A stretch of DNA of 64,000 bases from a virus, in the IMG/VR virus record IMGVR_UViG_3300028608_000007, positions 116,544 through 180,543 of that record. One strand, written 5' to 3'. Position 1 is the first letter of the stretch; each line of letters begins with the position of its first letter. The translations under genes were made by a program, and so were the position numbers. Below are positions 46,935 through 55,798 of the stretch, piece by piece. The notes beneath the pieces are model-generated. The model searched no databases. It was given only the letters and a program-made list of their open reading frames with translations, and had not been told where the DNA came from.

Positions 46935-48409
46935 GGGTTATGCTGACTCTGCGGAGAGCCTACGTTGAAGTTTGGCTGCTGGACTGGCACTTGAACTTGG
47001 TAGTTCTGTGGTTCCTGCGGCGCGTGGTGTTGAATGTCCAGGTTACGGGCGATCGTCTCGAAGTCGCTCACCAGACCGAACACGTGTTCCTTGTTGTACG
47101 ACAGCACTGGGGCAAACAATGCCGAAGCACAAGTCGGGGCGCAGAAGTCCTGGGCAGCGCCGCCTTGCATGCTGACTTTCACCCAGGTTTCGCCGTGCAT
47201 GTCCACCATACCGGTCAAGCTGAACTTGATCTGGCTGTTGTGGGACAGACCACGCAGCACCGAACCGATCAAGCGCTGCTTGAACATCTCGATGTAGCGA
47301 GTCATGTCGAATGCTGCGAAGGCGTGGTAGTCTTTGACGTCCACTACGTACTCACCGCCGAACGTGTCGTTGGTTGCTACGAACACAACGCCAGTCAGGA
47401 ACAGGTCCGACATCAGTGCCGGTACCTGAGTGGCTACAGCGATCGCTGCCAGGGTTTCACCGTTGGCCGCGTTCCAGTTGGCAGTCGAACCACGGTTGTG
47501 CAGGCTATGCGCAAACTGCGACTGACCACCAGCTACTGCGGTGACATTGTCCAGACCCGGCGAGATACTGCACAGCGCACCGTAAGTGATGCTGCCGTCC
47601 TCGTTGAAGTTCAGCGTCTTGCAGATCGCATGGAACAGTGGGTCTTCGGTGATTACGCCTTCTGCCACGTTACCGATGGCGTACTGCATGGCGTCAGGCA
47701 TGGTGGAGTTACCACCCAACCCGTTCACCACCGAGTCACGGAAGTTCGACATCACCGAAGCAGCGTAGTGGTTCGGAATTTCGTTAACCAGCTTGGACTT
47801 CTTCGGCATCAGGTCGGCAAAGACCAGACGACCGTCGGCGTAGTGAGCACCCCCAGTCTGCGACGAAACTTCCAGCACCGAGAAGATGTCTTCTGGACGG
47901 ATAGTCATCGCCACGTTTTCTTGGCTGGCGTTGAAGCTTGGGTTGTACGCACCGAACAACAGGTGGCTGGAATCGATCACGTTGGTACGTTCACCCAGAT
48001 GCTGGATGGTGACCGACTTGTCGAAGTACAGCTTGAGGTTCGGGTCGATCACGGTGTTCTGGCTATCCACGCGGTGGAAACCAGGGTAGTCGGTGTAGCC
48101 CGACACGTAGGTGATCAGGTTAGCGCCCATGGCGCGGGAATGTACTTCCATCATGAAACGCAGGCGCTGCTCGCCGAAACCATTGGCGATCTGAACCTGA
48201 GTAAAGATGTCAGCACTCGGCTTGAGCATCATCCCACCGATGCCGGACAACGTACCTGCGTTGATCTGACGTCCAGCGCGGGTAGTTTCCTGCAACATCG
48301 ACATCACTTGGGTGTCAACGTTATCGCCCATGTAGTACGGACGCAGATACTGGTCGTTGTACGTACCGGTCGGTGTGAACAACAACTTAGCGATTTGGAA
48401 ATTGGACAT
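46916..48409 (-). CDS. picA: Phage-nucleus protein import factor PicA/Imp1 (phiKZ gp69-like)
   Basis: 497 aa immediately downstream of the gp68 homolog; assigned mainly by synteny. Confidence 0.7.
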   Translation of the reverse strand: MSNFQIAKLLFTPTGTYNDQYLRPYYMGDNVDTQVMSMLQETTRAGRQINAGTLSGIGGMMLKPSADIFTQVQIANGFGEQRLRFMMEVHSRAMGANLITYVSGYTDYPGFHRVDSQNTVIDPNLKLYFDKSVTIQHLGERTNVIDSSHLLFGAYNPSFNASQENVAMTIRPEDIFSVLEVSSQTGGAHYADGRLVFADLMPKKSKLVNEIPNHYAASVMSNFRDSVVNGLGGNSTMPDAMQYAIGNVAEGVITEDPLFHAICKTLNFNEDGSITYGALCSISPGLDNVTAVAGGQSQFAHSLHNRGSTANWNAANGETLAAIAVATQVPALMSDLFLTGVVFVATNDTFGGEYVVDVKDYHAFAAFDMTRYIEMFKQRLIGSVLRGLSHNSQIKFSLTGMVDMHGETWVKVSMQGGAAQDFCAPTCASALFAPVLSYNKEHVFGLVSDFETIARNLDIQHHAPQEPQNYQVQVPVQQPNFNVGSPQSQHNPWEGKL

Positions 48410-48444
48410 CTTCGTATTTGACCTTCTGAGTCAGTGAGTTTAGA

Positions 48445-49974
48445 TTAGGCCGGGATACGCTCAAGGATCAAGCGCGCCAACTGGTTTTTGATTTCAGCAG
48501 GCAGGACCATATCGCCGTTAACAATGTAGCGGGAAAGTTCCGGGAGCAGTTCCTGAGGCAGGTTCAGACTCCAGTAGTTCTTCGACATCTCGCTAACCAA
48601 CATGTTGATCGCTTTGATGGCCACATTGTTTTGCCGATCATTTTGACCAGCATTCGCTTTACCGCCTTGGCGCTGTGCGTATGGGTAACGCTCCAGCAAA
48701 GCCGCGACGTATTCGCGAGACACACGCGCACGGTAATCGTTGTTGCCCAACGAGTACTCATCAGCCAGCACGACAGGCTGTGCGCTCATCAAGGCCGCGA
48801 GTTCCTTGAAGTCCCAATGCCACAGCAGCGCTTGGGTAACACCCATGGTGCGCAACAGGGCAGGTTTGTTCAGGCTTGGGATAGCCCGTGCAGACAAGGA
48901 CTTGGACATCACCCACTGACACATGGTCATGTGGTGTTGCTCGATGCGCATCCCAGTCATCCTCGTGAGAATCCCCACGAAACCTTCTACCAGTTCTGGC
49001 GGGATGGTTGGATCAACCTTCCTTGCCATACCAAGATAGTTCTCCGTATAAACAGACAACATTACAATGTCGCCGTTGGAGACCTCCTGCTTGATCTTGT
49101 AGTTCTCTGCCGAGGAAATGTTATCTTCCTCAGTTTCCCGCGACTTGTTAGTCTTAGGGATGATCGCACCGTCTTTCCAGAAGTTACGATCCAGCGAACG
49201 CAAGCTGGTGTCAATTGCATGGTAAACGTTAGAGATCACGCTACAATTGTTATCTTCAACGGTTACTTCACCGATGCAGACTTTACGGACGATGACTTTC
49301 GCCAGCAACCAAGTCGGCAGGGCTTCCGAACCCAACGCTTTGAAGACCGCCCCGTTCGAAACTTTCTCGGCCTGAGCGTACGGTTCAATGTACACCCGCA
49401 GCCTTTCCATCGCTGGAGTTTCGTACAGCCACGATTTCCCGATCAAGCCCAGAGTGTAGAACTCTTTCAAGTTGTTACCAACCTGAGGCAAGATCACTTC
49501 GGCGTATTCACCGAAGATTGGCACCATACCCAACAAGGCTACAGTCATGTAGGCCAGTGGGTAGTAATCATCCCGCAGGTAGGTTTTCTCCCACGGTTTG
49601 TCGTCTAACTCCGTTTTGGTTGTGGTGGGCATGTAGATCTTGCCGTACATGCGAATCCAGTTCGTGAGTTCATCCAAGGTGATGAGCTTGTACAAGTCAC
49701 GAACCAACCCAGTGACACGCATCTTCATGCGGTCCATGTCGGCAACGGTTTTGATCACTTCGTGGATTTGGCAATACGTTTGCCAGATCTCGAACTGTTT
49801 CTCGGGGGACAAACTGGCAAAGAACGCGTTAATCTGCAAGAACAGACTGGGCAGGTCTTTGAAGTTGTTCCGACGATACAGGATCGAAACGCTCCAGTCC
49901 AACGACTCATCTCCGTGCACGATACGGACCGTAGTGAGTTCATTGGGCTTCTCACTAGCATTTAGAATTTGCAT
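48445..49974 (-). CDS. Non-virion RNAP promoter-specificity subunit (phiKZ gp68-like)
   Basis: KIKQEVSNGDIV, QWVM, LLWHWDF segments match recalled gp68; 509 aa; synteny. Confidence 0.85.
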   Translation of the reverse strand: MQILNASEKPNELTTVRIVHGDESLDWSVSILYRRNNFKDLPSLFLQINAFFASLSPEKQFEIWQTYCQIHEVIKTVADMDRMKMRVTGLVRDLYKLITLDELTNWIRMYGKIYMPTTTKTELDDKPWEKTYLRDDYYPLAYMTVALLGMVPIFGEYAEVILPQVGNNLKEFYTLGLIGKSWLYETPAMERLRVYIEPYAQAEKVSNGAVFKALGSEALPTWLLAKVIVRKVCIGEVTVEDNNCSVISNVYHAIDTSLRSLDRNFWKDGAIIPKTNKSRETEEDNISSAENYKIKQEVSNGDIVMLSVYTENYLGMARKVDPTIPPELVEGFVGILTRMTGMRIEQHHMTMCQWVMSKSLSARAIPSLNKPALLRTMGVTQALLWHWDFKELAALMSAQPVVLADEYSLGNNDYRARVSREYVAALLERYPYAQRQGGKANAGQNDRQNNVAIKAINMLVSEMSKNYWSLNLPQELLPELSRYIVNGDMVLPAEIKNQLARLILERIPA

Positions 49975-50006
49975 ACAAGCTTCCTAGTCGAAGTACTGCA
50001 CTTGGA

Positions 50007-50023
50007 TGATATATACTTCAAAA
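50007..50023 (-). promoter_or_regulatory. Variant early-type promoter
   Basis: Minus strand TTTGAAGTATATATCAT. Confidence 0.55.
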
Positions 50024-50083
50024 ATGTTAGCGTCGACTTTTATCAACGCGACACATAGCCCTTCGATTCAGGACAATAACCTA

Positions 50084-50122
50084 AGAGAAAGGAGTGGATC
50101 GTATTGATCCACTCCTTTCTCT
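50084..50122 (-). terminator. Perfect 17-bp hairpin after ChmC
   Basis: AGAGAAAGGAGTGGATC-GTATT-GATCCACTCCTTTCTCT. Confidence 0.7.
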
Positions 50123-50131
50123 CTATGGGGT

Positions 50132-50902
50132 TTACATCGGGAAGTCGTCGTCGCCGAACGAGTCAGCGCCACCGCCGGTACCAGCACCATCACCGCCCCA
50201 ATCGTTCTGACGCTGGCCACCGCCACCGCCGCCTTGATTGTTGTTGCGCTGATAGTTGTTGCTACCGCCACCACCGTTGTTGTTACGCTGGTACTGACCA
50301 CCACCGCCGCCCTGGCCGTCTTTCGGCTTCGGTTCGGTGTAGTTGGTCGCTGCCACGGCAGCCATCATGTTTTGCAGCATGTTGGCGTAGCCCAGCAGGT
50401 AGTAGTTCGACGCGTCACGCTTGTTCATCGGCTCGCCGTTCACGTCGATCATGACGTGGTAGTTGGTCGGCAGCATGTTGAACTTCAGGTACGGACGGTC
50501 TTTGGCCACACAGGCCAGGAACAGCACGCCATCTTTGTCACGACCAACCAGAGTGGTCGAAACCAGCTTAGGCTCAGCCGAGCGCTCGCCGCCGAAGAAG
50601 ACGTGGTTCAGGTTTTGCAGCTTGAGGACTTGGTTGTCGTCGAGGGTGACGGCTTTACGCATCATCTCGATCAGGAGATAGAATGCGTTCATGTCCATGG
50701 CAGCACGAATGTTGCCGTTGTTCTTGTCGTTCGGAACGTTGGTGTAGACGTCGATGCGCGGGTTGTTCGCTACCAACGAGACTGCCCAGGAACCAGGCTT
50801 AGTCGCACCTTGCACAGGTGGGCACGACAGGCGCAGTTTGAATTCGTCCAGGGCGTTCTTCGGACGGGGTGGTGCTTGGAAACGACCTTGTTGACCAGCC
50901 AT
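50132..50902 (-). CDS. chmC: Phage-nucleus RNA-binding protein ChmC (phiKZ gp67/Imp6-like)
   Basis: Start at ATG 50902 (SD GGAG); folded core plus G/N/Q-rich tail; directly upstream of the gp68 homolog. Confidence 0.7.
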   Translation of the reverse strand: MAGQQGRFQAPPRPKNALDEFKLRLSCPPVQGATKPGSWAVSLVANNPRIDVYTNVPNDKNNGNIRAAMDMNAFYLLIEMMRKAVTLDDNQVLKLQNLNHVFFGGERSAEPKLVSTTLVGRDKDGVLFLACVAKDRPYLKFNMLPTNYHVMIDVNGEPMNKRDASNYYLLGYANMLQNMMAAVAATNYTEPKPKDGQGGGGGQYQRNNNGGGGSNNYQRNNNQGGGGGGQRQNDWGGDGAGTGGGADSFGDDDFPM

Positions 50903-50964
50903 TGTAAATCTCCAACTTGCGTACAAATGATGAGTGATCGCTGTAAACCGTTACAGTGACCTAT

Positions 50965-51816
50965 TTAAAACATCGACAACAGGATCGCTTTGAAGGTTGG
51001 ATGCAGTGGTTCAGCATTGATGTCCATCCGCATCTTGTCCAACGAGGTAGTGGGATTCCACCGCCTTGCTTCCGCTAACTCGATGATCTGTTTCTTTTCC
51101 TTCATCGGGAAGGTGTTGAAGTGAACGCCGTCACCAAAGAACTGGAGGGTTACGTGGTTAAACGGCATCCGCGACAATTCTTTACCGCCTGTGAGCTTTG
51201 AGTTCCAGGAGGTGTATGCCTTGACTTTACCCGTGTGGGACTCCAGCAATCGAAGGCGGGAGAACTCATACCGTGACAACAAGTCCAGCGGCATGTGGGT
51301 AATGATCAACGCATCGTCAGAGTTCTGCGGGAGCTTCATGTCACTCTGCACGACCGCCATGTCCAAGTGCATCTCAGGGATGCGCCTTAGCACGTTGCTT
51401 TCAAGTTCCGCAAAGAATTCCTGCTTAGGGGTTTTGGGTTCCCTGATAAAGCAGTTCTTGTATTGCGACTTGAGGCTGTGATACGACTGGACGTAAGGGA
51501 CCAGCTTACAACGACGCTGCGTGTTCATCTGAACGGCCGAGGCGATGATTCTCAGCTCGGCTGTCAGGGCGTCTAGCAGCGGATCAGGGAAGACTTTGTC
51601 CTGATCTTGAGATGGGATGGCTCCCATGATGTTACGGATCAGTGTGCGCAGGTTAACCCAAAGCGCAGTCGCTGATTGTAGCGGCGGCTTCTGCTTGTGC
51701 TCTGGGTGGTCTTCTGAGATCCCCATCGCACTTTCCAAAGCCAAGGCTGTTGCAATGGAAACGGGCACTTGCGTACCCATCTCACGATTACCCAGAACTT
51801 GGTAGTAGCGATCCAT
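50965..51816 (-). CDS. Conserved core protein, possible degenerate PIN/5'-nuclease fold (phiKZ gp66-like position)
   Basis: WVNLRTLIRN, ITHMPLDLL, FFGDG. Confidence 0.5.
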   Translation of the reverse strand: MDRYYQVLGNREMGTQVPVSIATALALESAMGISEDHPEHKQKPPLQSATALWVNLRTLIRNIMGAIPSQDQDKVFPDPLLDALTAELRIIASAVQMNTQRRCKLVPYVQSYHSLKSQYKNCFIREPKTPKQEFFAELESNVLRRIPEMHLDMAVVQSDMKLPQNSDDALIITHMPLDLLSRYEFSRLRLLESHTGKVKAYTSWNSKLTGGKELSRMPFNHVTLQFFGDGVHFNTFPMKEKKQIIELAEARRWNPTTSLDKMRMDINAEPLHPTFKAILLSMF

Positions 51817-52933
51817 TCATGTATTCCTCAGCCAGCGCAAGGTGCTCTGGAGAAAACCCTCTCGCTCGCAATCTTTCCAGTACCATTGGAACGACCGACG
51901 TTGGCGTGATAGCCACGGGCGTAAACGGCGTAACAATCCGGTTGACTGCTTCACGAGTGATCTTTTCACCATCGACCCACTTGCCACTTAACGAGTGCAG
52001 GTTGAAATGTTTCTCGACCTCTTTAAAGCCGAGTTGGATAGGATCACCCTTATTACCGAGGACCCGAATGAATGTACCGATAGGCATGGTGTCCGCTAAC
52101 GCTTGGATGCGGTTCATGCAATCTTCCAGCTCACGCCCTTTGAGGTCAATGGTCTTGTACAGCATCGCGTTCTCGTTTACCACGAATTTGATCTCGTGGT
52201 TCCCGTGTTCACGATCCACTACCACACGGTAGTGACCCTTGTCTTCCTCTTCCCCATGACTCAGGCGATCCAAAGAACCAGCAGCTAGGATGTTACCGTA
52301 CTGCGAGCGCTTGTGGATGTGTCCACCAAAGACGAAGTACCTGGTGATTCCCATGTACCGTTCAGGGATGTGGGTTGGAACTGGAACATGACTTGGGAGT
52401 TGGTAGTTGAACGCACCGTGCAAAATGGTGAAGTCTACTTTCTCCAAGCCTTTCTCGGTCATGGCCTGAACAACGTCTTTCCAAACATCGTCAGTCTCCA
52501 CACGCCATTCGTCAGGTACGTAAAGAATGTTGATTCCGAATCGTTCGATGTACTCGATCGACAAGTTCTCAATCCACTTTACGTCTGCCCCGATCGCTGC
52601 AATCTCATTCTCAGAGATCACGTTGGCACTTTGCTTCCAGTCGTGGCTGGGTGTCCCCTCCAGAATACGCACGACAATGTCGCGACGCTTACACATAGAA
52701 AGGAACCAGAAGAACCAGCGGCGAATCTGGTCAATCAGCACTGTTTCCGAGTGCATCACCAGACGGTCGTAGAGATCGCCTGCGATGATGATCATATCCA
52801 GCTCACCAGTCTCCGCATCATCCGGGAACGCCTTGTAGAGCGCTTTGAGGACGTGGCTGGTGGGGGTATTGTGATGGGCTAGGTGAACATCCCCCGTTTC
52901 ACCTATGCGCAGCTTACGCGAGGTCGAAGTCAT
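51788..52933 (-). CDS. sbcD: SbcD/Mre11-like metallophosphoesterase nuclease
   Basis: GDVH, AGDLYD, EGTPSHD, HG, GHIH, GSLDRLSHGE motifs. Confidence 0.88.
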   Translation of the reverse strand: MTSTSRKLRIGETGDVHLAHHNTPTSHVLKALYKAFPDDAETGELDMIIIAGDLYDRLVMHSETVLIDQIRRWFFWFLSMCKRRDIVVRILEGTPSHDWKQSANVISENEIAAIGADVKWIENLSIEYIERFGINILYVPDEWRVETDDVWKDVVQAMTEKGLEKVDFTILHGAFNYQLPSHVPVPTHIPERYMGITRYFVFGGHIHKRSQYGNILAAGSLDRLSHGEEEDKGHYRVVVDREHGNHEIKFVVNENAMLYKTIDLKGRELEDCMNRIQALADTMPIGTFIRVLGNKGDPIQLGFKEVEKHFNLHSLSGKWVDGEKITREAVNRIVTPFTPVAITPTSVVPMVLERLRARGFSPEHLALAEEYMNGSLLPSSG

Positions 52934-53477
52934 CGGACAGGAATCCTTCAGACTGAACAGGAGCAGCTTTCTGAGCTGGCGCTTTGCCTGGCTCTACTTC
53001 GGCCGCTTCGGTGTCTAGGGATTTCAATCCGTAGTAGTCAAAGACCTTACGCCATTCCAACACTTCACGATCGTACAGGCGACGACCTTCTACACGCTGC
53101 ACCAGAGCGTTCTGGATGTAGCGTTGACCCAGCATTGGGATCATGTCGTCTTTCTGCATGGCTTTCGAGATGTGCTCGAACATGCTGTCACGCGGGTTGC
53201 GTGGAATCCCGAAGTTAACGGGACGACCAATGGCTGGACACTTGAACAGGAAATTCTGTCCTTCGTATACAGCGATGGGGCGCAGAACCGAGTCAGAGAC
53301 CCTCAACCAAGGCTCGAAAGACTTGGGTGGCTCTTTACTCAGAATCAACGGCAGAATGGTGTCACGGAACTGGCGCTCCTGAACACGAGGAAGATCTTCT
53401 TCGAATGCTTTTTCTAACACTGCGAAGGCTTCTTTAACTCTGTCGTCGTTTGGTACCGGTTTGCTAAGTGGGTTCAT
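52914..53477 (-). CDS. Conserved hypothetical protein
   Basis: 187 aa, SD GGAGG. Confidence 0.7.
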   Translation of the reverse strand: MNPLSKPVPNDDRVKEAFAVLEKAFEEDLPRVQERQFRDTILPLILSKEPPKSFEPWLRVSDSVLRPIAVYEGQNFLFKCPAIGRPVNFGIPRNPRDSMFEHISKAMQKDDMIPMLGQRYIQNALVQRVEGRRLYDREVLEWRKVFDYYGLKSLDTEAAEVEPGKAPAQKAAPVQSEGFLSDDFDLA

Positions 53478-53558
53478 GATAGTCCTCCTACGAAAGACCC
53501 AGGGCTCTATACCCTAGGTCTTTCGCATAAAGAGTTACGTGGTGAGTAGCGGTACGTT

Positions 53559-54302
53559 TTATCGCGACTGACCCGCGCCCGGCAAACCGGCACGCGAATC
53601 GGGGACAGTGCGGGCACGGACTTGTTCAGTCAGACCAGCAACCATCTGTTGCATTTGTTGCGCCGGAGTCAGGTGCTGGAACACGCCTTGATCAACAGCA
53701 GGCAGTTCCGGGCTCGGCTGATTGGCCGGTTGCAGAGACTTCGGCAGGTTCGGTGCTTGACGCACCAAAGCTGGACGTTGTTCGAAGCCTTGGCGGCCTG
53801 GCAACGTCTCTTGGACCTCCACTTCCAGAGCAGGCTGTTGGTCCATGATGAAGGAGGTTTCGTCAATCGGCTCAGCCGACGCACGATACACTTCGACATA
53901 GAATGCGACATTCACGGTGCCGCCAGTTTGTTGCTGGAACTCGTGAGTCAGGAGTGCAGCCAGACCTTCGTCTACTTCCAGCTCATCGAACTGGATGCCG
54001 TCTACTTCACGGCGGGTGTGGATGTGTACCTTGCCAGGATTGACCGGGTGGTCATACGCATCCTGGTAAATGCGGTACATAGTATTCTCGGTCAGGCGCT
54101 CGAAAACCTTGAACACCAGTTGAGGCACCGCAGGCTCTTCGTGATGATGGTCATGACCGCTCACCGCTTGGCGCATACCCAGCAGTTTGACGACTTCCAG
54201 ACCCAGGTCACGGATACCGATCAGCAGGCTGTTCTCCAGCCCGTCCAGGCGCTTTTCGATAGCGGTCAGGCGTTGTTCATGACTCGGTTGGTTCTTCGAC
54301 AT
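53559..54302 (-). CDS. Hypothetical protein with N-terminal coiled coil and Q/P-rich tail
   Basis: 247 aa, SD GAGG. Confidence 0.7.
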   Translation of the reverse strand: MSKNQPSHEQRLTAIEKRLDGLENSLLIGIRDLGLEVVKLLGMRQAVSGHDHHHEEPAVPQLVFKVFERLTENTMYRIYQDAYDHPVNPGKVHIHTRREVDGIQFDELEVDEGLAALLTHEFQQQTGGTVNVAFYVEVYRASAEPIDETSFIMDQQPALEVEVQETLPGRQGFEQRPALVRQAPNLPKSLQPANQPSPELPAVDQGVFQHLTPAQQMQQMVAGLTEQVRARTVPDSRAGLPGAGQSR

Positions 54303-54313
54303 CGGGTTTTCCT

Positions 54314-54715
54314 CTAACCATTGTTGGCATCAAAGATTGCAACGACTTTCGAGTTGATGACTTGGATCTCCTTACCGACACTATAAATAGTGGCGTCTTG
54401 GGTTACCGTGGCATCTACCCGCAGGTTGATATTGTCAGGGTTGGTGTCATCCACTGCCGTGATCGTCACATCTACTTGGATCGTATCGAAGTAGGGGTTG
54501 ATGAAGTTCATCACTACGCGTTTGGTTTCTGAGCGCAGTAACTGGCGGTTGTCCGCACACTCCTTGATCAGGTTCGGCAGGGAGGCAATCTGTCCCTGAT
54601 ACAGGTGACTCTGGGAGAAGTCACTTAAAAAGAAATAGCTGATCAGTTTATCCAGCTTCTCTGAAATGTTCCCGACCCAGCCGGAAGCACTCAGACTTGG
54701 CACTTGAACGGCCAT
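54314..54715 (-). CDS. Baseplate wedge/sheath-initiator protein (T4 gp25-like)
   Basis: 133 aa alpha+beta protein ending IQVDVTIT...INLRVDAT, typical of gp25-like folds (inference). Confidence 0.45.
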   Translation of the reverse strand: MAVQVPSLSASGWVGNISEKLDKLISYFFLSDFSQSHLYQGQIASLPNLIKECADNRQLLRSETKRVVMNFINPYFDTIQVDVTITAVDDTNPDNINLRVDATVTQDATIYSVGKEIQVINSKVVAIFDANNG

Positions 54716-54718
54716 TGG

Positions 54719-54759
54719 TCTACCCTCTGAAAAGACATATAAAGGAAGAAGAGGGTAGA
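54719..54759 (-). promoter_or_regulatory. SD-sequestering hairpin with late TATG promoter in the loop
   Basis: Minus strand TCTACCCTCT-(21 nt containing TATG)-AGAGGGTAGA, 3 nt before ATG 54715. Confidence 0.6.
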
Positions 54760-54762
54760 AAA

Positions 54763-54792
54763 GACAAAAAAAGAAAGGGAGCCGAAGCCCCC
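54763..54792 (-). terminator. Intrinsic terminator
   Basis: Minus strand GGGGGC-TTCG-GCTCCC-TTTCTTTTTT. Confidence 0.75.
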
Positions 54793-54813
54793 TAACTTTT
54801 CCCAGTCCTCGGA

Positions 54814-55428
54814 TTAAAGAGAGGCGTTGTAACGACTGGTTGGGTCGTCACGGCCTTCTTTAATCTTACGGATCAGGTTACCAATCGAATTCTGGAGAAT
54901 GACTTGTTCGTCATGTTCCAGTTCGCGGTCACCTTCATGGAGTTCTTCGAAGAACGTCCACGCTACCCAGTCTTCTTCCGTTTCCTGCACCACACCATTC
55001 ATGAGGCGGCGGTAGTCATAATGATCATGACCAATCGCATTCCCATGGAGATTCTGGTAGGTGTCAGAATAACCGTCGAGTTTCTGAGCAAGGTAGCGAG
55101 CCCGAATGAACGGGTCTGCCATCAGGTAACGCTGCATGACCGGTGGAGCATGTTGCATCTGTGCAATCGATTCAAGCAGCCGGATTACATCAGCATCCCA
55201 CATGGTCTGGATACCACGCACCGCAGCACGCGCTGCACGCATTGCATCTTGACCGAAATACTGATCCCACTTTTGCGTAGCCATCTGCACGAATGCTCGA
55301 CCAGAGTCCGTAAGGTTCTGGGTAAACATCTGTGCCGATTCGGCCAGGTATTGCATTGTTGATTCAGCTCGTGGCGCGTACGCCAACTCGTTAAACGCCA
55401 ACGAGCCGCCTTCGATATAGCCTGCCAT
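54814..55428 (-). CDS. Conserved chimallivirus core hypothetical protein
   Basis: 204 aa, SD GGGAG, in the ChmA-RNAP block. Confidence 0.7.
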   Translation of the reverse strand: MAGYIEGGSLAFNELAYAPRAESTMQYLAESAQMFTQNLTDSGRAFVQMATQKWDQYFGQDAMRAARAAVRGIQTMWDADVIRLLESIAQMQHAPPVMQRYLMADPFIRARYLAQKLDGYSDTYQNLHGNAIGHDHYDYRRLMNGVVQETEEDWVAWTFFEELHEGDRELEHDEQVILQNSIGNLIRKIKEGRDDPTSRYNASL

Positions 55429-55469
55429 GGTAGCTCCCTCGTTACATACTTTATTGGCTACCTGTAAGA

Positions 55470-55751
55470 TTAGACGTGCTCGAATCCTCGATCCTTAAGC
55501 CAATCGGGGTGAGCATTCGTTGCGACCAACACCATGGAGTCAGTTCCTTTGTCCACCAGGTAGAGGTCGTATTGCTTCTTGTCGTCATTTGCATGACCAC
55601 GCAGTTCGAAAACTACGTTGTGTTCCTCGAGTCCTTGCTTCATCGACACGAAGTCTTCCACAGGTTGTGGGAACATGGCAAGATAGAGAGCAGGGGTGGA
55701 GTGATGTCCATCCTTGATCATCTGAAGTACTTTCTCGGCACTGGTGTTCAT
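55470..55751 (-). CDS. Small hypothetical protein
   Basis: 93 aa, SD AGGA. Confidence 0.6.
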   Translation of the reverse strand: MNTSAEKVLQMIKDGHHSTPALYLAMFPQPVEDFVSMKQGLEEHNVVFELRGHANDDKKQYDLYLVDKGTDSMVLVATNAHPDWLKDRGFEHV

Positions 55752-55766
55752 AGTTTCCTTTTCCTT

Positions 55767-55793
55767 AAAAGGGAAGGGGGACTCAAGTCCCCC
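55767..55793 (-). terminator. Intrinsic terminator after nvRNAP beta'-N
   Basis: Minus strand GGGGGAC-TTGA-GTCCCCC-TTCCCTTTT. Confidence 0.7.
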
Positions 55794-55798
55794 AGAGG

